64,000 nt of DNA. Origin: Balanoglossus misakiensis (Eukaryota > Animalia > Hemichordata). How positions within the stretch are numbered: position 1 is the stretch's first letter; each line of letters starts with the position of its first letter. Shown here piece by piece: positions 1 through 11,600 of this stretch. The stretch spans positions 11,973,166 through 12,037,165 of the forward strand of contig CM082578.2 in NCBI GenBank assembly GCA_040954595.2, written 5' to 3'. Under the pieces are notes generated by a model. It ran no database searches. It worked only from the letters and a program-made list of their open reading frames with translations, and had not been told where the DNA came from. The position numbers were made by a program, and so were the translations under genes.

Positions 1-735
1 AGGCATTTACTGTTGCGGTACTATCACCGACAAATATTGCTGTTATGATGAAAATGACAGGATTGAAGATGAAGAGCAGCTCAGGTACATGTACTTAAAA
101 CTCTGAAGGAGCGTTTGTTTTTGGGCTCTCATTGTTTTCCAATGCTTCTAACTTTTATTGGTGTGTTATAAGTGATTGTTACGATAAAGAGTTTCTATTG
201 TGGTTCTGGGGAGAACACTTAGATTATTGTTCGACTTTTTCTCACCAGGGAAATCTAACTGTTTCTCGATCTCAAATACTGTGATCACAAACCGTGATTA
301 TTTGCACCGATTGTACCTTTCAGCGGAGCAATCATTGGACTCATTGTCGGAGTAGTCGTTTTGGTGATCATCATTGCCGTGGTTACCGCCGTCTGTGTGT
401 GTTGCTGCAACTGTTGTGCTGCCTGCTGCTGCCGCAGACCCTCAACTACCTACGTCACTGCCCCCAACGGTGAGTTTGATTACTAAAATTATACTAATGC
501 TCTATTCAAGTAGACAATCCCTTTCTTCAAAAATGATAGAGTTTACTTCAAATCAATGATATGTTTTTGCTTTCATTTCTCTGTGACAGAGCCCACTGTG
601 GTTGTGGCCGCGTCTTCCCAGCAATCATCCATCACCTCGGGTACGGCATACATGCCAACGGCGGCTCAAAATCCGATGTATCCAGTGGCCCAGTATCCAC
701 CGCCATATCCTGAGCACAGTGGGCAGAAGTACTAG
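1..735 (+). CDS. Shisa-like single-pass membrane protein, copy 1 (5' end outside window); exons <1-84, 324-469, 590-735
   Basis: Spliced translation ...GIYCCGTITDKYCCYDENDRIEDEEQLS|GAIIGLIVGVVVLVIIIAVVTAVCVCCCNCCAACCCRRPSTTYVTAPN|EPTVVVAASSQQ...MYPVAQYPPPYPEHSGQKY*. GT-AG introns with matching phases (2,1). Cys-rich ectodomain, TM, juxtamembrane Cys cluster and PPPY motif are typical of Shisa/Shisa-like proteins. AATAAA at 1066-1071. Confidence 0.9.
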
Positions 736-1694
736 AATGGGGAAAACACACACCACCCACCACATCTGAAGATGTTCATCACATGACCTTTGTAGAGGGT
801 TTCATAGCTACAATTGTCGATGGAGAATTCTTAACTATTATCTTTGCCTGCCAATCAAAGAACTTTTTAAGGAATTGTAAAATTTTACTGACATAATTTC
901 ATTTGATTCGTTAAAAAGTGATTTCCACAGTTATCAGATTATTTTATGAAGGGCGTTTGTTGTGCAGATTTTCAGATTTAACTGTTGAGGGCGCACGTTC
1001 AACAGAGGATAAGCTGGCGTACGACGGTCACTGTTTTGAGAAATTCTCACTGTGGGACGTGTTTGAATAAATAAAATGACACAAATATCACATATTTTCA
1101 GTGGTAGGCCCACGTAAATACAAAAAGCACCACCATATGTTCTTTAGAACACTCGGATATGCCGTTTTAACCATTTATGGACATATGGTCACTGAAGGTG
1201 ACCGTCTACCTTCAAAGAGGAAGAATATATTTGCAAACAGCATGATACAGAGACCATACCTGCATGAATGGGTTAGATATAATTTACTGTACTATTAATA
1301 AATTACAGAGAGTATGTTTATTAAAGATTGACCATAGCAATGGATGCGCTCCAAGGCTAGTGTAAGGCCTACTGGTAGTTTCTGATAAACAAAATAACTG
1401 CATGCGCGCGGCGAGTTAATTTGACCAAATAACAAATAGCTGTGGAGCTACGGATATCTTTTTCCCACGCCACCAGCCTCCCACGAGTATTCCTCAATCC
1501 AGGAGTATTCACACCGTTAGCCCCGTATTTTATTACATTGCTGTCCTGCAGGGACAGTCCACACTGCCTTATAGATTGTATTATGGGTTTGGGTATCTGT
1601 CCCTTGACCTGACATCTAGTCTGAACTTTTAGAGTGACGTCATCCATCAGAACTTTTGTAGCTGGAGAAGCGGGACACGGCACGGAATTACACA

Positions 1695-2833
1695 ATGAAG
1701 TTCGCACTTTTTACGGCGTCTTTCTTGGCGGCAGGTAAAATATTAGCTTGTTTTAACAATCGTGAAACGCTTGATGCGCCCGAAAAGGCAAATTTCTAAT
1801 TTGAAGCCACATGTACGTCACACATTGCCTGGTTCACATCCCTCCATGGTCCGGGCCCTTTCGTTTCGAACAAGCGCATGCAGAACCGTGCCCAACATTG
1901 CGATCCGCTTTTGGTCATAGCATAAATATTTAAACAACACGATTTCATAGTCACAACATGTGATAAACGAACAAAACAAGGCCGTAGGGGTACATTTGTA
2001 ATTCGTTCTCAAACAACTGTAGTTGTTTGAAAATGTTAACAGGGGCAGTATCAAATAAACTAAACATTAACCATGTAAAGACGACGACAACAGTTCCCCA
2101 GTAGTAGTATAGAACACGGCTCCACGGGGACTTTGGCCTCGGCTGTGTTTCATTATTGGCCCATCATTTGGTCCATCAATATTGACATCCAGATCAATAT
2201 GGAGTCCTAGCTGTCACGGTTCTTCTATGAGTTCACTATACGACATTGGTTCGATAGACTCCCAGTTACACTCACCACCATTGCTTACTCTCCTTGTGTT
2301 GCAGTGGGTCTTGCTGTTGGCGCGGAGACGTGCCTTGGCTACGTCGATGGCAACGGAGATTGGCATGATTCCTTTGAGTGTACATACTTCGGGGACTCTC
2401 TATTGGAGATCTATTGCTGTGGTGATGTCACCAACAAGTACTGCTGCTTTGACGAAGATGACAGGTTTGAAGAGGCAGAACAGCTCAGGTAATCAGCTGT
2501 GCTTCAACGCTCGTTTCTTCTTCTTCACCACATCAGAACATTTACCCAAATATACTTGTACTTTCCAGTGTGGCAATCATTGTAGCCATTGTCGTGGCAG
2601 CTGCGTTGCTGGGCGTCATAGTTGTGATCATCATCGTCTGTGTGTGTTGCTGCAAGTGCTGCCAGTCTTGCTGCTGTCGCAGAAGAAGACAAACTGCCTA
2701 TAAAAGTGCTCCTAATACTGGTGAGATGTTTTTTTCTTTATTTCATCGAACAGATATTTCTCCAGAATTTTTACAGTTATACTTTTGGCTTGCCAACTAA
2801 AAACATGTTTCTGGTTTTGTGCTAGCGATCTGA
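1695..2833 (+). CDS. Shisa-like single-pass membrane protein, copy 2; exons 1695-1734, 2305-2488, 2569-2720, 2826-2833
   Basis: Signal peptide MKFALFTASFLAA|VGLAVGA, six-Cys domain TCLGYVDGNGDWHDSFECTYFGDSLLEIYCCGDVTNKYCC, TM, CVCCCKCCQSCCCRRRR. Same intron positions and phases as copy 1. The last exon (A-I-stop) is less certain. AATAAA at 3114-3119. Confidence 0.87.
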
Positions 2834-3462
2834 AGAGTGCCGGCGATTTCAGAATGATAGATGTTGGTAGGAAAAGCTGATCCCAAGATCACAAGATAAA
2901 AGAAGAAGAAGAGGAAAGAAGCTTTATCATGACAGACAAATAGGACATTATAGATATCAAGAGTTTGTTAATGTTTGATAATGTAATGGAAATTTAAACC
3001 CATTTTGCTTGAATCCCCGCGAACAAGAAAGAACAGCATCCCCCATATTTACAGACAGACATCATCCTTTATATTTACGTAGATCTTGCCGAAAACTACC
3101 AGTAAACAGCCAAAATAAAGGGGTCACTATGTTTCCAAACAAATTGTGTTTGTGAACAATATATAAAAATGGAATACGATGTGATTTCTGCGAGTATATA
3201 CAAGTCGTTATGGATGTCGAATGTTGTGATGTCCAAGTTGTCAGTTCGTCAGGTAAAAACTGTACTATATCAGCGTACCGTTTACATTTATGTAAAATAC
3301 ATGTATATATATAAAATTTAGAAATGTATGTATATGTGACATGACTTTAAAATATACATATACATATGACTTTATATAAAACAGAGTAACTGGAGAAACG
3401 ATTAGCGGTAAAATCTGTAACGTTGCCATGTACCTAGACGGATTAATGAGACGTATCCGAAG

Positions 3463-5603
3463 TTACAGTCCAGGAACATGTGACCTATAGACAGCCCTGA
3501 GTCTTTCCCTCTTTGTCATCTCCTTTCTGGGCATCACGAAGTCTTCATATCCGAACGTCTCTTGATCTGGTGCTGCTGCGTAGACGTCGGGCCCCCTTCT
3601 CCCCTTCTGAACCGGTGTTTCCTTTGAGGAGAGGCGACGTGAGTGTTTCGGCTCCACGACTTTACCGCTGTGTCTACTGTACGCTAGTACCTCTCTCTTC
3701 TGGTCATGTGATCCAAATTTGTTGTCGTTTGGGTGGAGTGCATCCCTCTCCAGTGCTTTCCTTCCTGCGTCCACTGAGCTGCCTGAACTTGCAACGTCTT
3801 CGTGTGATGACCCCCTCATCCACTTTCCATAGCTGCGTGCGCCATCTGAATGGTGATGATCACGTGCACCTCTCCAAGCCCCAGCTGTTCCTCCGGCGGA
3901 TTGGCTGGCTTCTTCTGGATACGATGACGTCACCACCGCTGACGTCAGAACGTCGCTTCCGCCATGATTGTTGTCGGCTGTAACACTGCCTTCGCGTTGC
4001 TCGTCAGTGAGCTGACCTGCTTGCATGTCGTCTTCGCCGTGCCTATCAACATGACCTGGTAGGTTTCTGTTTCCATCTCGGCCTAGTGCATCAGAATCAC
4101 CTGGTGGTAATTTAATCAGTGGCACCACGTCTGTTAGATCTGTGTCCAGTAGCAAGGCTCCATCCAAGCCGGAGTCCGGACTACAACTGCCGCTGCCAAC
4201 ATCTACTTGCAGCACCTGTGATGATGCCAGGCCGTTTTGCATATTTACTGTGTTACTGTTTGGGTCGAAATCCAAAACTACACTGTGGAAAGCATTCTCC
4301 CTTCTCAACACTTCTAAGGGGTTTACATCTCGATGTTCGCCAGGTGTACTTCTGATAATATCCGATTTCTGACTGCAACGGGTCTCACTTGTTCGTAGAC
4401 TCTTCAACGACGCCCTATCTTTGCACTGCTCGCCAAATGGCTCCTCGGCATTTGAATCTGAGCTGCAACCGTCAGAAATGTCGTCTGTCTTTTGCAGGCC
4501 CAACGGTGGTCCGTCGTCTTGCTGTGTGCCTGTGACTGTCATGTTGGTATTCAAGTCCATGCCACTGAAGAGAACACCTTCTGCTTGTTGAGCGTCTGAG
4601 TTTAGTAACCCACCCATTTGGTTGTTATCTTCTGGATATCTGTCTACAGCCAAATTTTGACGACCTCCGATGTCATCCAACCGTTGTAGCGATGCTGACT
4701 TCAACCCGTGGTCCATTCTTTTGTCAAAGGCGGTACGTTGACCATCTGCAGTGGTGATGGCATCTGGGTACAAATCTTGGGATTGAAGAACATCTGGGTG
4801 AGTATCACACGTGACATGCTCCGATACGGTATAATTCTGACTGTCACTGTTTGTTGAGTCATTTGTTTGCAGCTGTTCAGACGTCAGTTCTGCTTGTGGA
4901 ACACTCTGCCAAGCTGAGTGGATTTTGTCGCTGCGACTGTTAGAGGTCATGTCTCTCAGCTGCATACCATCCGGGGTAGCAGGATCAGCTCTGCGCGCGC
5001 CGGTGCCCATGAAATCTCTCAGTGTATCGTCCTCGGTTGGTACCTTCTGTAGAATGAAATCTCTCAAGTTTGGTTCAGACTTGATCCTGACTGTAGTCTG
5101 ACCGGCTGCGGCGTCATTGTAGGAATAAACCTTTCTCACGTAACTAGAAGAAACCATGCGTTCACGACTTCTGGGCTTCGCATTAGCACAGGAAAAATCC
5201 GTCGCCGATGCGACCTCTCGATTCTGCAGGGTTTGTGGGGAAGTGTTCTCTCCGTTCCCAACGACTGAGTGTGGGTTGTCGGGTGTAAAGCTCTCCGAAG
5301 GATCATGCTCCAGTTTTCTCTTCGATGAATCATGGTCAGGAGAGCTTAGACCTGACCTTCCGTGTTCCTCTCCATCAGGTATATAGCCAGCGCGCTGTTT
5401 ATCTGCAAACTCTCCAGAAGTATCTTCGTGCGCGAGACTGTCTCTCTCTGTGGCAGCCATTTTCTCATCATTTTCGCTTACAGCATAGATGCCAGCACCA
5501 GGATTCATTAATTCGTAAACCCTCTCCCGGTCGTCAGATGACAGCTCTGAGAACTTAGCGATGCTTCCATCAGATGTGTTGTAAAGAAGATATTGATGTG
5601 TTC
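3463..5603 (-). CDS. Cadherin terminal exon 27 (long low-complexity cytoplasmic tail, ends RSHVPGL*)
   Basis: The 681-aa ORF stays open upstream to acceptor caacag| at 5603, in phase with exon 26. Confidence 0.85.
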
Positions 5604-8600
5604 CTGTTGAGATTAATGTAATGAAAGACTGCTATTAACTTTTGGAAGTTTGTCACAATTAGAACAATGACACAAAACCTTGAAAACATTACTATTGCAT
5701 AACCATATATCAATTTTACTGACCTGTTTCTTGTCCAACGCTGTCATATACACGTCCTCTTACATGAATCTCCCTGGCCAACATGACAAAACCATTCAGG
5801 TTACTTATAATCTGGGTGTGACGGATGGTCTCGCCCTTTTGGTCAGTGTCAGACAGTGTACCCTTGCCTCGGGTGCTTAGATGCATGGGAATCTGATGTG
5901 TATCTGGCGTTGGAGAGTTCGTCAGTCTCTCCTCTTCTCGATATGTGGTTGTACCTCTTCCTGAATCGTCGGACAGACGATCGAAATCCGTCGGTAGCAA
6001 AGTCGCACGGTGATCTGCACCTGCAAAAGCCAAACATGTTGCTCATCAAGCAATATCCATATCCCATATCAGTACAGTAGCTCGGTTCGTGTAGTTATGT
6101 TCATAGATAACAAGCAACTCATTGTATTATTTCGTATTCTGAAAGTATAGGATTATACATGTCATATACCGAGGCCAAAATATACAAGTATACATTGCAT
6201 CTTTGTGAGGCACATGCGGATTAGAAGAAGAGCAAGACACGATATCCCTCACACTCACCTACTTTGGTTGCCCAATGAACGTCTTCCTTCTCCGATATTA
6301 CTTTTCTGGATGCACAAAGGGAAAGAAATGGACCCTAGTCAATATACTGTTGCATGGTTAGTCGTCTTTGTCGCGTGTAACGAACAATGTGGATACTAAG
6401 TTTTTTGCAGGCTAAATTTATACTGGGTATTGGGTCGGATATTCGAATCAAGGACTATTTTTGACCTGATATAAATGTACAAGAGGAAGATTTCTGACAA
6501 CATCGGTATCCTGTTAGTCTACACTCGCCAGAAAAGATGCCAATGCACGAAATGAACTTACTCGTTACACTTGGTTCTGTAAACGTAAGTACACAGCAAG
6601 ATAACGATGATGAGAAACAGCAAGCAGATCAGAACCATGCACAGAATGCCAGCCGTGGTTTGTATCCAAGGCACCTCCAGCATGGTCGGACGGACACTGA
6701 CGACGGGGAACCGGTCGTACTCCCATGTCGTCAGCACGTCGGCCGGTGTTCCGTTGGAATGCTTCTGTAGAACAGCGAGCAGGTCGTCGATATGAACGAA
6801 GGACTTGGGCACGTCGATGCCGTCCATCGTGTCGGTCACTGGGTTGGATATGACGTACAGCGTGGCAGTCGACGTGCTGGACGGAAAGATCGGACATAAC
6901 AAGGGGGAAATGTTAGTAGCGTCAGGAAGTCGTGTTGGGTCTGTTTTGAATATCCATACACATCCAAGTGGAGGACAACCGCGCGCAATCGATCACTTTT
7001 TCAGTCTACCTTTTGAATACTGACCTTTCAAAACTTTGCAGTAACCTGCGTTGTTGGACAGATTCTGTGGGCGCGGGATCAGATCCAACTACTGACATGA
7101 TTGCCACCCTGTTTTCTGGGAAAATCTTCGACAGTTGGTATTGGAGGTCGTCTCTGTGAAGGAAAGTGACATGTTCAATCACTGGCTTGCAGAGTAAGGA
7201 GGGCTTTCCCTAAATGGTGAAGTGAAAATGGAAATGTCACTATGTCCAAAAATGCTTTCAGAAGAAGGTTTTCATTTTGTTTCTCAGAACGAAATTAGAG
7301 AAATTGGAATTGCCCTTCTTCTGTCGGTGGTAAAAGGATAGTAATGTGTTTCCTCAAAGCACTTACTTCACCAGCAGCAAACTATCAAGACTCAAACCCA
7401 CTTCTATGTCAACGAGATGATCTTCGGGTTTAAACGTGTCAATCCTGACAGTGCCCAGCGGCGATTTTGTCGTCACGTTTGCTTTGGTCACCGTGGCAAC
7501 AACGCGGAACATGTATTTTCTGTACAGCTCTAAGCCCATTTGTCCAGTCTGTCGTATGTTGCCACTTTCATCTACCGCGAATATCGACGTGTCTTCAACG
7601 GGAACGATAGAAAAGTTGCTCGTGGGGGAAAGACCGAAATCGTTTATGTTTATTGTTAATATCGGCTCGTCGCCAGAAGCCATCGGGCCGTACTGCAATT
7701 CTTTACTGTAAACAGGAGGATCGGTGCAAACACCGTCGAAGTCTTCATTCAAAATCACGACTGTCACGGGAACTGATGTTTCCATAGCAACGATGCCTTC
7801 GTCACGCGCGATGACGGCAAACTCTATTTCTGTAAACTCCTCGTAGTCCGGTGGGACGTTGACCGTGATGAGCCCAGTTTCGCTGTCAATATGGAAATGT
7901 TTCTCTGCGCCGGCGTAGGACGAATCCAGTCGGTACCGCACGACTCCGTTTGGCCCAGAGTCCGAATCGGTGGCCAATATGGTCAGAACCGAGGTACCGC
8001 AAACACTGTTTTCCATAAGCGAAGTTGTGTATGAATCTGATTCGAATGCCGGTTCATTGTCGTTTGCGTCGATTACCACTATGCGTACTGTCGCTGAAGA
8101 AGATAACAGTGCGTTATCAAGACTGTCCCCTCTGACCACCAAATTATATTCCGGTACACTCTCCCTATCTAGCGCACTCGCCGTTACAAGTTGTCCACTG
8201 GTGTCCACGGCGAATTGCCCATCGCCATTCCCGGACGTTATGCTGTACGCGTTGTTGCCGTGGCCGGCGACACTTCCAACGACGCGGCCAATGTCCGCGT
8301 CTTCTTGCACCGCGAACAGAAAATCTTGGTCCGAAAGCGGAGAGTTCCACACCTCTACTTCGACGACGACCATCACGGTGCTCTCGAAAATGGGTATACC
8401 GCCATCTCTGGCCACGATTTGCAAAGCGTAGACGCCGACAGCGTCTTCCAGTTCAGTTGTCGTGGAGATTTGGCCGCTGTTTGAATCGATTTCAAACAGG
8501 TTGTAGTCGTTCCCCGATGCGATGTAGTAGAAGACTTCACCGCCCTGGCTAGAATCGGTGTCTGTGGCATCTACGGATGTGACGACAGTTCCCAGATCTG

Positions 8601-11600
8601 CCGTTGATTTCACTTTGGCGTTGTACGAGTTGCTGTCGAACACCGGGGCTTCGTCATTGACGTCCAGAACATCCACCGTGAGCGTCGCCGTTCCGGTCAG
8701 CTGCTGGGGCGAGCCGTCATCCGTTGCGTGGAGCACCAACTCGAACCTGTCCACCTCCTCCCGATCCAACGACGACGCGACGCTGACGACCCCGGTCGTA
8801 GAATCGACGGTAAATTTCGAGTCGGGATCTCCGCCGTGAATACTGTAGCGAACGTTACCGTTTGTGGCGCTGTCAGCGTCGGTGGCTACCATTTTGGTCA
8901 CTTTTGATGATAACGCGCAATTTTCCATCATGGCCACCGAGTGCATCGTTTCAATGAACGCGGGTGCGTTGTCGTTGGCGTCCGCCGTCGCTATGGTTGC
9001 GGTCGTCACGACGGAGAAGACGGAGTCTGCGATTTCAATAAGAAGGATGTACTGAGGAAACGTTTCAAAATCGAGGGAGGAAATCACCCTTATCTCTCCG
9101 CTCGTTGAATGAACCTGGAATGGAACTGCGTTGAGCAAAGTGAACGTGATCGCGTCCGTCCCACTCTCGTCGTCGTCGTCACAGGCGACTGTTGCCACGA
9201 GGTCGCCAATGTCAGCATCCTCTTTGACCACCGGAAGTGAACTGTCGACAGTGCAACGCGGGGGGTTGTCGTTCACGTCACTCACCACCACGGTGGCGGT
9301 CACCGACGACGACAGAGCGTCGGCCGACGATTTTGGCTTGTCTGTCACAGTGATGACCAACGTGTACGAATCGGTCACTTCTCTGTCCAGTTTTTCGGCG
9401 AGGAACAGAGTTCCCGACTGGCTGTCGATGATGAACGGGCTCACTGTGTCGACACTGAATGCGAAGTCACCGTCTGTCCCGTCATCGTCATCGGATGCTT
9501 GCACAGTTAGCACCGCGGACCCTGTTAGTAAACAAATTTAGCCATTTAGGAACATTCATGTCCCCTTTTCAGTTCAAGTTTCACCAAATGTGTAACCATT
9601 TTCCATTCCCGATGCAACCCATTTTCCGTATCATTTCACTTTCCATACTCAACATGAATAGTTTGTTTGGATACCTTGATATTGGTACTTTCACACTCAT
9701 ATACCTACCCGGACTAGTGTCTTCTGGCAGTGTGATATCCAGACTAGGAACAGCGCCGATTACGGTCGGCGTAAATTCGTTTGACGGCAGAACGAATACG
9801 TGCAGTAAGGCAGTCGATGAGAGGGCTCCGCTGTCCGTGGCTGATAGTTCAAGCGTGTGTGAGATGTGTGTCTCGTAGTCCAGAGATTTGACCAGTGCTA
9901 TGTCTCCAGTCAAATGATCAATCTCAAACAGACCATCTGTGTTCCCTCCTGCAGAACCACCGTTCGTGTTGGGAAGAAATTAAAACAAAATGGCAGATTA
10001 ATCTACATTTTATTTTGCGCGAAACAACCACACATTAATCATGCTAGAACTTATCCTGCATAAGCAGTTTAGCTTACCGATAATATCATATGTGACATTG
10101 GCATTTCCCCCTAAATCGTTGTCTAACGCTGACACGGTGAAAACCACTGCAGCATTGCTTGGAATTTGCGACTCACTTATTGATGTTGTCATGACAACCT
10201 GGATGAAAAACATCAAGGGTGCGACAACATTAAAGACAGTAATGTTGTAAAGACCGAATAAAACTTCATCATGCATAACTGACCATTGGGTTTATGATAA
10301 AAAGCTCATACAGTGCATGTACATGTATTACCGTGGGAAATACAGGTTTGTTGTCGTTGACATCACCGACAATCACGGTGATCGTCTGGGAGGTAGAAAG
10401 GGCGTCTGACGAGTCCAGGGGCGTGTCTGTGACCGTGACAGTGAGCTCATACTTGTCTACCACCTCTCGGTCCAACTCTGACGTCAGAATGAGATCACCC
10501 GTCACGTGATCTATGGTGACAGGAATGCCAGTCGCTGCCTGAATGCTGAAGGTGACGTCACCATCAACTCCCCCATCTTCGTCGGTGGCGGAAATCGCAC
10601 CGAACTTCGCCCCTGTGAAAATTAAAACTTTACGATCAAATTAATCTGCTGCGAAAAGTCAAAAGGACAATTATTGCCCTTAACCGACCGATAGGCCAGT
10701 CTCTCGAATGCGTCACGAACGCAGCTCGACTAATCTTCAATTCTGACCCATCAATTCACCGTCGGAAAACATGAAAGCGGTAATAAGGCACGGCGGTCGT
10801 TCGACAAGTGCAATGAACTGGCTTTGTTAATCCGTGTCTTGACGTAAACCTTTGATACTTATTGAGTTTTAATGAACATCTAATGAATGTTTTGATTGGG
10901 GACTGCTTCCGAAGCCGGAGAAAAGAATTTGCTCAGGCCTCCGCATGCAGCCGGTGTACTAGTACAGCGCTGTATAACAAACCATTCGGGAACATCATAG
11001 GAATAAGACGTTCTGATTTGCACATACATGTATATACAACATACGTCGTTAAGAGCGGCGAACGTGAAGTGTACCAAGGTGTAAGCGTGCAAAGTATGAT
11101 GCCGACTGTAAAATAAGCGGATCGGAAACAAAGTTGAATGATGAATTTGAAGAGATAAATCGCTAAGTCCTTAGATGTGAAATCAGGTGCCGGAGATAAC
11201 ATGAAAGTTCATCGGCTTTGAGTGAACTCAGTCACGTGTCTTCCGCACGTAAAATGTCAGTGTTAGCTGCACTATTGGTCACGTGGCCGGGCTACACAAA
11301 CAAATATCGACGTGCCAGCTGGTTGCGGAAAGAAGGTGATGATTTCCACATAGCAGAGAGTCACTGGAAAGCGCTAATGACAGTAGAAATAAAACCGTTC
11401 GATAACAGAAAGATCAAATTAAGGACAGCCGTTATTATAGGGCGCTGATGAGGACGCCCGAGACGTTTGCGTTAACGAAGTTGTCGCTGTATACATCTGC
11501 ACTTTTTACTTCAAGTTCAAGCGGGGATAAGTGCTACCTGTATTCTGTGCAATGATGTTATTTCAAACGTTCTCGTACTTAAACACTGTAATTTCACGCC

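Noticed and set aside
3463-5508. 681-aa ORF as a stand-alone gene
   Set aside because: The frame stays open to a phase-compatible acceptor at 5603, so it is better explained as the cadherin terminal exon.
7436-9541. Plus-strand ORFs of 60-150 aa opposite cadherin exons (also near 10041, 12431, 15179, 17670, 19101, 21203)
   Set aside because: Antisense shadows of the cadherin codon pattern; Ser/Thr/Val-rich with no independent features.
10948-10972. Palindrome cagccggtgtactagtacagcgctg sharing the gtactagtac centre with the 15600 element
   Set aside because: Different termini and no flanking duplication; cannot be assigned to the same family.
11440-11490. Active hammerhead ribozyme
   Set aside because: The core has GAGA instead of GAAA, and no proper stem I or NUH cleavage site can be formed; kept only as a decayed relic.
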